In this document: piece after piece, positions 42,438 through 53,516 of the stretch | How the letters are laid out: every line of letters starts with the position of its first letter | Numbering within the stretch: position 1 is the first letter of the stretch | Assembly: GCA_963746275.1 (NCBI GenBank) | Contig: CAVVAX010000008.1 | Span: 58,532-122,531, forward strand | Reading direction: 5' to 3' | From: an uncultured Alphaproteobacteria bacterium | GTDB taxonomy: Bacteria; Pseudomonadota; Alphaproteobacteria; Rhodospirillales; Defluviicoccaceae | Length of the DNA stretch: 64,000 bases | Notes under the pieces: model-generated | Databases searched by the model: none | The model's input: the letters and a program-made list of their open reading frames with translations, nothing else | Told to the model about the DNA's origin: nothing | Made by a program: the position numbers and the translations under genes

Positions 42438-43554
42438 ATGTGGGATTGGATCATCCCCTTCCTGGTGGTTCTCACCGTTCTCGTCTTTGTCCACGAGCTC
42501 GGTCACTACCTCATCGCCCGCCGGGTCGGCGTGCGCGTCGAGGTCTTCTCCATCGGCTTCGGTCCCGAGCTGTTCGGCTGGACCGACGGGCACGGAACGC
42601 GCTGGAAGGTGAGCGCCATTCCGCTCGGCGGCTACGTCAAGATGCTCGGCGAGCACGACCACGACGATGAGGAGGAAAAGCCGCCGCTGACACCCGCGGA
42701 GGAGGCGCAATCGTTCCAGCGCAAGAGCGTCCGCCAGCGCAGCGCTGTGGTCGCCGCCGGGCCGGCAGCCAACTTTCTCTTTGCCATCGCGGCCCTGGCG
42801 ATTCTGTTCGCCGCCGTCGGCGTGCCGACGCCCAAGGCCGGCATCGGCTCGGTGCAGGAGGGCAGTGCCGCGGCCCAGAGCGGGCTGAAGCAGGGCGACC
42901 TGATCGTCGCTGTCGACGATCAGCCGGTGCACTGGTTCGAGGAGGTGCGCCAGATCGTCCGCGACCGCCCGGGCCAGCCCCTGCGCCTCGACGTGGTTCG
43001 CGAAGACGAGACGCTAGCGATTACCGCGACGCCATTGGCGCGCCCCGCTGGGCCCGAGGATCGGCGGGCGAACCGAGGTCGGGCTCCTCGGCATCACGCC
43101 CGATCCGCAGCAGGTGGGCTACGAGCGGATCAACCCGCTCAAGGCGGTGGGCGTCGCCGTCGAGCGCACCTACGAACTGACGGCGCAGATCCTCTCCGCG
43201 CTCGGACAGATCATCACCGGCTCGCGTACTGCCAGCGAGCTGGGCGGTCCGATCCGGATTGCCCAGCTCTCCGGGCAGATGGCGAACGACGGCATCATCA
43301 ACTTCGTCTTGTTCATGGCGGCGCTGTCGATCAACCTCGGATTGATCAACCTGCTGCCGATACCTATGCTTGACGGTGGCCACCTCGCGTTCTATGCCGT
43401 GGAAGCGATGCGCGGGCGCCCGGTGAACAAGACCATTCAGGAATACGGCTTTCGCATCGGCTTAGCCTTCGTCCTGTTCCTCATGATCTTCGCGACGTGG
43501 AACGACCTGATGAACTTGCGAGTCTTCGAGTTCCTCCGCGATCTCGTCAGCTAG
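42438..43554 (+). pseudogene. rseP: RIP metalloprotease RseP; one frame break (43035-43062)
   Basis: VFVHELGHYLIAR (HEXXH) and a PDZ-like GSAAAQSGLKQGDLIVAVDD. Then GGRTEVGLLGITP...GGPIRIAQL...NLGLINLLPIPMLDGGH in ORF 43114-43554. Confidence 0.88.
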
Positions 43555-43752
43555 GAGCGCCTCATCGTTGTGCTGTATTCCGCCGCTGGCAGCCCTGAGC
43601 CCCATCCTTGCGCCGACCAGTGCAAGGAGATCGTCGGCGCCCCTCCGGGGCTCGCGATGATGCCGCAGGCCGCAAGTCGGCGGCGGGCGGAGCCGCTCGG
43701 CGAGCTTCGGCCGCGCGATCCCTCTGAAGCTGGTTCCGCTTTCGGCTCCGTC

Positions 43753-46065
43753 ATGGCCGCACCCGTTGCGGCCATCCACGGCCTCCGCCGCCTGGACGCC
43801 GTCAGGCTCGCCCTCGGGCTGCTTCTCCTGGTCCTCTGTCTGACCCCGGCGCTGGCGCAAGAGGGCGTCCCCATCCGGGAGATCGTCGTCGAGGGGACGC
43901 AGCGGGTCGAGCCCAGCACCGTCCGTTCCTACCTCTTGATCCAGGCCGGCGACCGTTACGACCCAGGCCGGGTCGACCGCTCGCTGAAAAGCCTCTACGC
44001 CACCGGGCTGTTCGCCGACGTCGCCATCCGCCAGGAAGGCGATCGGCTGGTGGTCGCGGTCAGCGAAAACCCGATCATCAACCGCGTCGCCTTCGAGGGG
44101 AACGACGAGCTCGACGACGAGACGCTGACGGCGGAAACGTCGCTTCGCCCGCGGGTCATCTACACCCGGCCCAAGGTGCAGAGCGACGTCAACCGGATCC
44201 TCAACCTCTACCGGCGCAGCGGCCGCTTCGCTGCCACCGTCGATCCGAAGATCATCCGGCTGGAGCAGAACCGGGTCGACGTCGTCTTCGAGATCAACGA
44301 GGGCGAGGTAACCTCCGTCGAATCGATTCGCTTCATCGGCAACAGGGCGTTCGGCGAGGGCGACCTGCGCGAGGTGATTCGCACCAAGGAGTCGCGCTGG
44401 TGGCGGTTCCTCAGTACAGAGGACACCTACGACCCCGACCGCCTCTCCCTCGACCGCGAGCTGCTGCGCCGCTTCTACCTGTCGGAGGGCTACGCCGACT
44501 TCCGCGTCCAGTCCACCGCGGCAGAGCTCACGCCCGACCGTCGCGACTTCCTCATGACGATCGCGGTGGAGGAGGGGGAGCGCTACCGCTTCGGCAAGGT
44601 CGGCATCGAGAGCGCGATACCGGGACTGAGCGCCGACGCCCTGCGCGACGTCGTGGATGCGAAGGAGGGGGACTGGTACGACGCCGACGCGGTCGAGAAG
44701 TCCATCGACGCCATCACCGATGCCGCTGGCGACCTCGGCTACGCCTTCGTCGAGGTGCGCCCGCAGATCCAGCGCAACCGCGACCAGCTCACGATCGACG
44801 TCAACTTCCTGGTCAACGAGGGCCCCCGCGTCTTCGTTGAGCGGATCGAGATCTCGGGCAACGTGCGCACCATCGACGAGGTGATCCGCCGCGAGTTCCG
44901 CTTCGCTGAGGGCGATGCCTTCAACGCCGCGAAGCTGCGCCGCTCCCGCCAGCGGATCCAGGATCTGGATTTCTTCCAGAAGGTCGAGATCGACCAGGCC
45001 CAGGGCAGCGCTCCGGACCGCGCCGTGGTCAAGGTCGACGTCGAGGAGAAGTCGACAGGCTCGCTGTCGCTGGGCGCCGGCTTCTCGACCTCGAGCGGCA
45101 TCCTCGGCGACATCAGCGTGCGCGAGCGCAACCTGCTCGGCCGCGGCCAGGACCTGCGCGCGACCCTGCTGCTCGGGCAGAAGCAGCAGCAGATCGACCT
45201 CGGCTTCACCGAGCCCTATTTCCTCGACCGCAACATCGCGGCGGGCTTCGACGTCTACTACGTCCAGACCGACCGGCGCAGCGAGAGCTCCTTCGACACC
45301 CGGACGATCGGCAGCTCCGCCCGGGCCGGCTACCCCATCACCGAGCACCTGACGCAGAACTGGCGCTACACGCTGAAGCGCCAGACCATCCGCAACGTGC
45401 CCGAGGATGCCTCGGTCTACGTCGAGGACGCGGAAGGCACCGACACGGTCTCCGAGATCTCGCACGGCCTGACCTACGACCGGCGCGACAGCCGGATCAA
45501 CCCGACGCGGGGCTACTTCGGCCGGATCACGACCGACGTCTCGGGGCTGGTCGGCGACGTCAGCTACCTCCGCAACCGCTTCGACACCGGCGTCTACTAT
45601 CCCGTCACCGACGATTGGGTGGCATCGCTGACCGGCTCGGTCGGCTACATCTTCGGCCTTGGCGAGGACGAGCGCCTGCTCGACCGCTTCTTCATCGGCG
45701 GCGAGGAGATCCGTGGCTTCGCCACCGATGGCGTCGGCCCGCGCGACCGCGACAGCGACGACTCCCTTGGCGGCCAGTGGTTCTACGCGACCTCGGCACA
45801 GGTCACCTTCCCGCTCGGCCTGCCCGAGGAGTATGCCATCCGCGGCCGGCTGTTTACCGACGTCGGCGCCGCCTGGGGCTATTCGACCGACGAGGAACCG
45901 GGCAGTCCCATCGACGACAGCTCCAACCCGCGCGTCGCGATCGGCACCGGCGTGACCTGGTTATCGCCGTTTGGCCCACTCGGCGTCGACATCGGCTATC
46001 CGATCATCAAGGAAGAATTCGACGAGACCGAGCTCTTGCGCGTCAACTTCGGAACGAGGTTCTAG
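43753..46065 (+). CDS. bamA: outer membrane protein assembly factor BamA
   Basis: Signal peptide LLLLVLCLTPALAQ. POTRA repeats (IREIVVEGTQRVEPSTVRSYL...). C-terminal barrel ending ...LLRVNFGTRF. An earlier in-frame ATG at 43657 is possible. Confidence 0.9.
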   Translation: MAAPVAAIHGLRRLDAVRLALGLLLLVLCLTPALAQEGVPIREIVVEGTQRVEPSTVRSYLLIQAGDRYDPGRVDRSLKSLYATGLFADVAIRQEGDRLVVAVSENPIINRVAFEGNDELDDETLTAETSLRPRVIYTRPKVQSDVNRILNLYRRSGRFAATVDPKIIRLEQNRVDVVFEINEGEVTSVESIRFIGNRAFGEGDLREVIRTKESRWWRFLSTEDTYDPDRLSLDRELLRRFYLSEGYADFRVQSTAAELTPDRRDFLMTIAVEEGERYRFGKVGIESAIPGLSADALRDVVDAKEGDWYDADAVEKSIDAITDAAGDLGYAFVEVRPQIQRNRDQLTIDVNFLVNEGPRVFVERIEISGNVRTIDEVIRREFRFAEGDAFNAAKLRRSRQRIQDLDFFQKVEIDQAQGSAPDRAVVKVDVEEKSTGSLSLGAGFSTSSGILGDISVRERNLLGRGQDLRATLLLGQKQQQIDLGFTEPYFLDRNIAAGFDVYYVQTDRRSESSFDTRTIGSSARAGYPITEHLTQNWRYTLKRQTIRNVPEDASVYVEDAEGTDTVSEISHGLTYDRRDSRINPTRGYFGRITTDVSGLVGDVSYLRNRFDTGVYYPVTDDWVASLTGSVGYIFGLGEDERLLDRFFIGGEEIRGFATDGVGPRDRDSDDSLGGQWFYATSAQVTFPLGLPEEYAIRGRLFTDVGAAWGYSTDEEPGSPIDDSSNPRVAIGTGVTWLSPFGPLGVDIGYPIIKEEFDETELLRVNFGTRF

Positions 46066-46068
46066 GAC

Positions 46069-46644
46069 ATGGCCATGCGCCGCCGCCTGCTTCTTGCCCT
46101 GGCCCTGCTGGCGCTCGTGTCCGCGCCCGGACCGCTCACCGCCCAGGAGGCACCGGGCGTCCGCCTCGGCATCCTCGACGTCGGCCGGGCATTGCGGGAT
46201 GCCACCTCGGTGAAAGGCATCCGCTCGCAGCTCAACAGCTACATGGACTCCTACCGCGCCGACACGCAGAAGGAGGAGCAGTCGCTCCGCGCCGCCCAGG
46301 ACGAGCTCGGGCGCAAGCGCACGGTGCTGTCGGCGGACGCCTTCACCGCTGAACGCCAGAAGCTCGAGCAGCGGCTGACGAACGCTCAAGCCAAGGTCCA
46401 GGATCGCCGCCAATCGCTGGAGCGGGTGCATGCCGAAGCGATGCAGAAGGTGCAAGACGCTTTGGCCGGCATCGTCTCGACGATTGCCAAGGAGCGGGGG
46501 CTGACGCTGATCTTGCGCAAGGACCAGACCCTGTTCGCGCTGCCTTCCTACGAGATCACCGACGAGGCGCTGAAGCGTCTCGACAAGCAGCTGCCGTCGG
46601 TCAAGATCGCCAACCCCAACACCCCGCCGGCGAAGAAGCAGTGA
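46069..46644 (+). CDS. skp: OmpH/Skp family periplasmic chaperone
   Basis: Signal peptide, then a coiled Q/E/K/R-rich 190-aa protein directly after bamA. Confidence 0.8.
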   Translation: MAMRRRLLLALALLALVSAPGPLTAQEAPGVRLGILDVGRALRDATSVKGIRSQLNSYMDSYRADTQKEEQSLRAAQDELGRKRTVLSADAFTAERQKLEQRLTNAQAKVQDRRQSLERVHAEAMQKVQDALAGIVSTIAKERGLTLILRKDQTLFALPSYEITDEALKRLDKQLPSVKIANPNTPPAKKQ

Positions 46645-46695
46645 CAGGGCCATGTCTTTCGGCGGCCGGCCACTGGGTTAGGCCTCCAACGCGGG

Positions 46696-47899
46696 TCAAC
46701 CCGGACTTGGCGGCTCTCGGTCCGCTAACCCCGCGGTGCCGTTCTGAGGCGGTCTGCTATCGGTCCCGGTCGGTATCAACGGCGTCAGCTCCGGGCGCGG
46801 ATGCAGAGGATCGGCCGGCTGCGGTACCTCTAAGGGAATGGTGGGCGGCGGACGTTGGCCACTGGCCATCAGGAACTTCGCTTTGCGCAGTTCGGCTAGG
46901 CGCAAGGTTTTCCACTGGAAAGAATCCGGGAGCCGGAGAAATTCTTTCTCGGCATCGGCCTGAAAAACCCTCGCCTCCTCGGCGAAGCCAGCCGCGTGCT
47001 CGCACTGTGCCTGCGTCTGTAACAGCAGGCCGAGGGCGTCGATGCGGTAGTCGTTGCTGACGCCGTACGTCTGCGACAACGACCGGAAGACGCTGGCGCT
47101 CCTGGCGAAGGCATCACGACCCTTGGCGATGGTCTCGGTCGCGCGTGGCTCGGCGCGGAAGAAGAGAGCGCCGACGTGCATCCAGCCATAGCCGATCTGG
47201 CGGAAGTCGGAAATCCAGCCGATAGCGTTCCCCGTCGGGATTTTCAACCATTCGTCATGTGCCAGAGCGAGAAGGCGCCACGCCTCGTCCCGGTTCTCGA
47301 TCCAAAGCTCAGCCTCGGCCCAGCTCCGGTAGCCGAGCGACCGGACGTACACACTGTACGGGTCGTCCAGCCGGTTCAGGGCGTCGGTGGCGGCACGATA
47401 GGCTGCCCGTCCCCTTTCAAGGTTCCTGAACTGCGGATTGCTGAAGTAGGACCAAGCCAGGGCGCGATGGATCTCGGACCGTCGCGTCGGCGAAGAGTTC
47501 ATCCGCGCGCCGTGCCGCCTCCGCGTAGAACTTCTGCGCATCCGCGAAATCAGACTCGAACTGGTTCTCGACCGCAATCACGTAGTACTCGGAAGCCGTT
47601 ACGTGCTGTGGGATCGTCTTGACGATGCTTTCCGCAGCTTCCGTGTAGAACGCCTTCTTGATGTTTAGAAAGATCGAGCCGGATGATCGCAAAGCCTCGT
47701 CAGGCTCTTTCATAAGCACATTGAACTCCTCACGAAGGGAGACGAGACGTTCAAGTACACCTCTCAGTTCTTCTTTTTTCTCGCGCACGTTCTGTGCGTG
47801 CTGGCCGCGTTGGGAAAGATACAAAGCGGCGATCGAGAGCAAAACCGCGAATAGCGACCCGAAGTCCGATAAAGTATCGATATCTGGCAGTTCAGGCAT
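46696..47899 (-). pseudogene. orphan hypothetical protein (~400 aa): N-terminal TM helix plus all-alpha TPR-like region; one frame break (~47480)
   Basis: ORF 47417-47899 (MPELPDIDTLSDFGSLFAVLLSIAALYLSQ...KFYAEAARRADELFADATV) joins ORF 46696-47577 (SEIHRALAWSYFSNPQFRNLERGRAAYRAATDALNRL...). The 5' part is about 51% G+C by hand count (47641-47900). I recognise no family. Confidence 0.55.
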
Positions 47900-48076
47900 G
47901 AGACCAACTTCACGAGTCAGCAGGGCATCGCGCGCACTCGTTGGCGAGACGCTGTTGAGCAGCGCAAGCGCGAATTCTCCATGGCCATCACTTGCCCGAT
48001 AGAAACCGCTGCGCTCAGCGAGGTCAACGTAGGGAACCCAGCAAGCGCAAAGCGTGTCACGATTGCCGGCAAAGGA

Positions 48077-48544
48077 TCAGCCGTCCCGGATCATCGCCGC
48101 GTAGGTGGCCTCGGCGACGAGGACGCCGGCGACTTCGGCGCGGCCTGAGAACTTCCAGACGTTGCCGCGCTTGCGCTCCTTCTCGACGTGCACGAGCAGG
48201 GTGTCGCCCGGCACCACCGGTCTGCGGAAGCGGGCCTGGTCCACCGACATAAAGTAGACGAGGCTGCCCTCGCGCTCCGGGCCCAGGCTGGCGACGACGA
48301 GCACCGCCGCCGTCTGCGCCATTGCCTCGATGATCAGGACGCCGGGCATGATCGGGTCGGCTGGGAAGTGCCCGGGAAAATAGGGTTCGTTGATGGTGAC
48401 GTTCTTGATGCCCGTGGCCCGGCTGTCGACCACCAGGTTGACGACACGATCGATCATCAGGAACGGATAGCGGTGAGGAATCATCCGCTGAATGCCGTGG
48501 ATGTCGATGACTTGTTCAGCCACGGCCACCGTGTCTATGTCCAT
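48077..48544 (-). CDS. fabZ: 3-hydroxyacyl-ACP dehydratase FabZ
   Basis: IPHRYPFLMIDRV, EPYFPGHFPADPIMPGVLIIEAMAQ, VWKFSGRAEV. 155 aa. Confidence 0.92.
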   Translation of the reverse strand: MDIDTVAVAEQVIDIHGIQRMIPHRYPFLMIDRVVNLVVDSRATGIKNVTINEPYFPGHFPADPIMPGVLIIEAMAQTAAVLVVASLGPEREGSLVYFMSVDQARFRRPVVPGDTLLVHVEKERKRGNVWKFSGRAEVAGVLVAEATYAAMIRDG

Positions 48545-48903
48545 CGGCCATGAACCCTTGTTTTTCTGCTGACCCTGCCGAATGGAAACGGCAACGGGCC
48601 GGCTCCCTCGTCAGGGCCCGCTCCTGCTGCAACTTCGATCCGGCGGTGCCTGTCCCAACTCCCGCTCTCGCCGAACGTTTATCGCGCAACTTGCGGAGTT
48701 AAGCAAACGCGCATGGGCCGCTTCCGCCGCTGCCGGTCATTCGTTCGGCTCGTCCACGAGGTACGAGACGATGCTCGGAGCACCCGTGAAAGTTCACCAG
48801 GGCGTCGCGCCCGCTGTTCGTCCGGCGCCAGCCGGCCTATAAGGCCTGGGTTAAGGGCGTGGCGCCCGCCTGCGAGACGAGGAAGAAGGAAGGGACGCTC
48901 GAG

Positions 48904-50131
48904 ATGATCAGTCGCAGAGGATGGCTCGGCCTCGCCTTCGCCGCCGCAGCCACGACCACAACGCTCGCCGCGGCCATGGCCGCGCCCGCGCCGGGCCGAC
49001 GCCGGGCCGATCCGCATCGGCGAGCTCAACAGCTACACGACCTTTCCGGCCTTCACCATTCCCTACCGCCACGGCTGGCAGATGGGCCTTAACGAGATCA
49101 ACGCCAAAGGCGGCGTCCTCGGCCGGCCGCTGGAGGTGATCTCCAAGGACGACGGCGGCAACCCCGGCACCGCCGTCACCGTCGCCAATGAGCTGATCTC
49201 GCGCGACGGCGTGGTGCTGATGTTCGGCACGCTGCTCTCCAACGTCGGCCTCGCCGTCGCCGACGTCGCCGCCCAGCGGCGGATCCCGTTCATCGCCGCC
49301 GAGCCGCTCTCCGACGCCATCGTCTGGGAGAAGGGCAACCCCTACACCTTCCGCCTGCGCCCCGGCACGTTCGTTCAGGCAGCGATGCTGGCCGAGGAGG
49401 CGGCGAAGCTGCCGGCGAAACGCTGGGCGACGGTGGCGCCGAACTACGAATACGGCCGGGCCGCGGTCGCCGCTTTCCGGATGCTGCTGGAGAAGCGGCG
49501 GCCGGACGTCGAGTGGGTCGGCGAGCAGTGGCCGGCGCTGAACAAGATCGAGGCCGGGGCGACGGCGCAGGCGCTGGCGGCGATGCAGCCGGATGCGATC
49601 TTCAACGTCACCTTCGGCACTGACCTCGCCAAGTTCGTCCGCGAGGGCGAGACCCGCGGCCTGTTCGAAGGCCGCGACGTGGTCAGCGTGCTGGGCGGCG
49701 AGCCGGACTGGATCGACCCGTTGGGCGGCGAGGCGCCGCAGGGCTGGATCGTCACCGGCTATCCCTGGTACGCGCTGGAGACGCCCGAGCATTCAGCCTT
49801 CCGCGCCGCCTACATGGACCGGTTCATGGACTACCCGCGGCTCGGCTCGGTGGTCGGCTACACCGCGATCAAGGCGGTAGCGGCGGCGATCGAGCGGGCC
49901 GGGTCGACCAGCGCCGACACCATCGTCGCGGCCCTGCGTGGGCTCTCGCTGACGAGCCCGCTCGGCCCGATCGAGTTCCGGGTGGTCGACCAGCAGAGCA
50001 CCATGGGCACCTTCGTCGGTACGCTGACGGTGCAAGACCAGATGCCGCGGATGGTCAACTGGCGCTTCGGCGCCGGCGCCGACTACCTGCCGGGCGCGGA
50101 GGAGACCGCCAAGCTCCGCGCTGCGAACTGA
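48904..50131 (+). pseudogene. ABC transporter substrate-binding protein (Liv/HAAT type); one frame break (~48994)
   Basis: Tat-like leader MISRRGWLGLAFAAAATT...AMAAPAP. Then AGPIRIGELNSYTTFPAFTIPYRHGWQMGLNEINAKGGVLGRPLEVISKDDGGNPG... in ORF 49082-50131 (type I periplasmic binding fold). Confidence 0.8.
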
Positions 50132-50180
50132 GCCTCGCGCGCCCACCGGTGCGGCCAATGGCGCCTGCGGCGCGGCATCG

Positions 50181-52016
50181 ATGAGCTTCGTCGTCGTGCA
50201 GGCCCTGACCGGCCTCGCCAACGCCGCCTCCCTGTTCCTCGTCGCCGTCGGTCTGTCGCTGGTCTTCGGCGTGACCCGCATCGTCAACTTCGCCCACGGC
50301 TCGTTCTACATGCTGGGCGCCTACGTTGCCTACACCGTGGCGGGGGCGGCCGGCGGCGGGCTCCTCGGCTTCATCGTCGGCGCCTTCGCCGCCGCCGCAG
50401 CCGTGGCGGTGGTAGGCCTCGTCGTCGAGGTCGGCCTGCTGCGCCGGCTCTATGCCTCGCCGGAGTTGCTTCAGCTCGTTGCCACGTTCGCCGTGGTGCT
50501 CTTGGTGCAGGACCTGACGGTGGCGCTGTGGGGGCCGGAGGACCTGCTGCTTCCCCGTGTAGCGGCGTTCGCTGGCTCCATCATGGTGCTGGGGCAGAGG
50601 CTGCCGATCTACGACCTGGTGCTGATCGGCCTCGGCCCGCTGGTCCTGGCCGGGCTGTGGCTGCTCTTGACGCGGACCCGCTGGGGGATCCTCATCCGCG
50701 CCGCCACCGAGGACCGGGAGATGGTCGCAGCACTCGGTGTCGACCAGCGCTGGCTGTTCACCTCGGTCTTCTGCCTGGGCGCGGCACTGGCCGGTCTCGG
50801 TGGCGCCGTCCACCTGCCGCGCGAGCCGGCGAACCTGATGATGGACCTCGGCATCATCGCCGAGGCGTTCGTGGTCGTCGTCGTCGGCGGGATGGGGAGC
50901 ATCGCCGGCGCCTACCTCGCCGCCGTCCTGATCGCCGAAATCAGCGCCTTCGGCATCGTCCTGTTCCCGGACGTGACCCTGGTGCTGCTGTTCGCGATCA
51001 TGGCGGTGATCCTCGTCGTCCGGCCATGGGGGCTGCTGGGCCGGGCCGACGCCGCGGCATCGCCGCCCGCGGCCGCCCTCACCGGCCCGGCCGTGGGACC
51101 AGGCCTGCGCTTCGTGGCCGCGGCGCTTGCCGCCATCCTGGCGATGCTGCCGCTCGCCGCCGGCGATTTCATGCTGCAGGTGATGAGCGAGATCTTCATC
51201 TTCGCGCTTTACGCCGCGAGCCTGCAGTTCATCCTGGCGGCGGGCGGGATGATCTCGTTCGGCCATGCGGCCTACCTCGGCCTCGGCGCCTATGGCGCGG
51301 CGTTGCTGGTGCACCACCTCAACGCACCCATGGCCGCAGCACTGCTGACGGCGCCGCTGGCCGGCGGCCTCGGCGCCTTACTCTATGGCTGGTTCTGCGT
51401 GCGCCTCTCCGGCGTCTACATGGCGATGTTGACGCTCGCCTTCGCCCAGATCACCTGGTCGGCCGCCTTCCAGTGGTACGACGTGACCGGCGGCGACAAT
51501 GGCCTGCTCGGCATCTGGCCGGAGCGGTGGGCCGCGGGCCCCATCGCCTACTACTACCTCTCGCTCATGCTTGCCGCTCTGGGCGCCTGGCTGCTGCACC
51601 GGGTGAGCGCCGCACCTTTCGGCTATGCCTTGCGCGCCGGACGCGACTCCTTTACCCGCGCCGAGGCGCTGGGCGTCGACGTTCGCCGCCAGCGCTGGTT
51701 CGCCTTCGCGCTGGCCGGCGCCGCGGCGGGCCTGGGCGGCGGGCTCTACGCCTTCCTCAAGGGCAGCGTGTTTCCCAACGTGCTGGCGATCCCGACCTCG
51801 GTCGAGGGCCTGGTCATGGTCCTGCTCGGCGGCATCGGCGCCGTCCTCGGCCCGCTGATGGGCGCGGCGACCTTCCTCGGGCTGAAGATCGCGATCTCGA
51901 GCGAGACCGACCTCTGGCGGGCGATCCTGGGCGCGATCATCATTGTCCTCGTGCTCGCCTTTCCGCGAGGCATCCTCGGTGCGCTCGGCGGCCGCGGGCG
52001 GGGCAGGAGAGGATGA
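50181..52016 (+). CDS. fused LivH-like/LivM-like ABC transporter permease (611 aa)
   Basis: The N-terminal half is LivH-like (LVAVGLSLVFGVTRIVNFAHGSFYMLGAY). The C-terminal half is LivM-like (FALYAASLQFILAAGGMISFGHAAYLGLGAY). Single uninterrupted frame. Confidence 0.82.
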   Translation: MSFVVVQALTGLANAASLFLVAVGLSLVFGVTRIVNFAHGSFYMLGAYVAYTVAGAAGGGLLGFIVGAFAAAAAVAVVGLVVEVGLLRRLYASPELLQLVATFAVVLLVQDLTVALWGPEDLLLPRVAAFAGSIMVLGQRLPIYDLVLIGLGPLVLAGLWLLLTRTRWGILIRAATEDREMVAALGVDQRWLFTSVFCLGAALAGLGGAVHLPREPANLMMDLGIIAEAFVVVVVGGMGSIAGAYLAAVLIAEISAFGIVLFPDVTLVLLFAIMAVILVVRPWGLLGRADAAASPPAAALTGPAVGPGLRFVAAALAAILAMLPLAAGDFMLQVMSEIFIFALYAASLQFILAAGGMISFGHAAYLGLGAYGAALLVHHLNAPMAAALLTAPLAGGLGALLYGWFCVRLSGVYMAMLTLAFAQITWSAAFQWYDVTGGDNGLLGIWPERWAAGPIAYYYLSLMLAALGAWLLHRVSAAPFGYALRAGRDSFTRAEALGVDVRRQRWFAFALAGAAAGLGGGLYAFLKGSVFPNVLAIPTSVEGLVMVLLGGIGAVLGPLMGAATFLGLKIAISSETDLWRAILGAIIIVLVLAFPRGILGALGGRGRGRRG

Positions 52017-52783
52017 GCCTGCTCGTCGTGGAGAATTTGCGCAAGGCCTTCGGCGGCGTGCATGCGGTCGATGGCGTCGACTTTGCTGTCGATGCCGGCG
52101 AGGCGGTGGCGCTGATCGGACCCAACGGCGCCGGCAAGACAACCTGCTTCAACCTGCTCGGCGGGCAGCTTCGACCCGACGCCGGCCGCATCCTGCTCGC
52201 CGGCGAGAACGTCGCCGGGCTTGCGCCGCACGCCATCTGGCGGCGCGGCCTCGCCCGCACCTTCCAGGTCGCCGCCACCTTCCGCTCGATGAGCGTGCGC
52301 GAGAACGTGCAGGTGGCGCTGCTGTCGCAGCGCAAGCGGACGCTGGACCTGTGGCGGCCGGCGCGGAGCCTGCTTGGCGCCGGAGGCCGACGCCCTGCTG
52401 GCGCAGGTCGGGCTGGCCGAGCGCGCCGGCCAGCCGGTGACGGCGCTGCCCTACGGCGATCTGAAGCGGCTCGAACTGGCCATGGCCCTTGCCAACGCGC
52501 CGCGGCTGCTGCTCCTCGATGAGCCGACCGCCGGCGTTGCCGCCGGCGAGCGCATGGCATTGATGGACCTGATCTCGGAGATCGTGCGGCTGAAGGGCAT
52601 TGGCGTGCTGTTCACCGAGCACGACATGGACGTGGTCTTCGGCCACGGCGAGCGGGTCATCGTCCTCCACGAAGGCCGCGTCGCCGCCGAGGGACCCCCC
52701 GACGCGATCCGCGCGAACGCGACGGTGCGCGAGATCTACCTCGGCACGAGCGAGGAGGCCCGAGCCCCAGTCCAGCTGCGGCC

Positions 52784-52790
<7 letters not shown>
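52013..52790 (+). pseudogene. ABC transporter ATP-binding protein (LivG-like); one frame break (~52370)
   Basis: LRKAFGGVHAVDGVDF, Walker A GPNGAGKTT. Then EADALLAQVGL...LPYGDLKRLELAMALA, LLLLDEPTAGV in ORF 52374-52790. The ATG overlaps the permease stop. Confidence 0.85.
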
Positions 52791-53485
<695 letters not shown>

Positions 53486-53516
53486 GCGCCGCCGCCGCAA
53501 CCGGTACAACTGGATC

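Noticed and set aside
47900-48079. The fabZ stop codon is in frame with the orphan gene. The 59 codons between the TGA and the orphan ATG contain no stop, hinting at read-through or a longer N-terminus.
   Set aside because: There is no in-frame alternative start and no recoding signal that I can see. An open stretch of this length is not improbable by chance. I treat it as coincidence.
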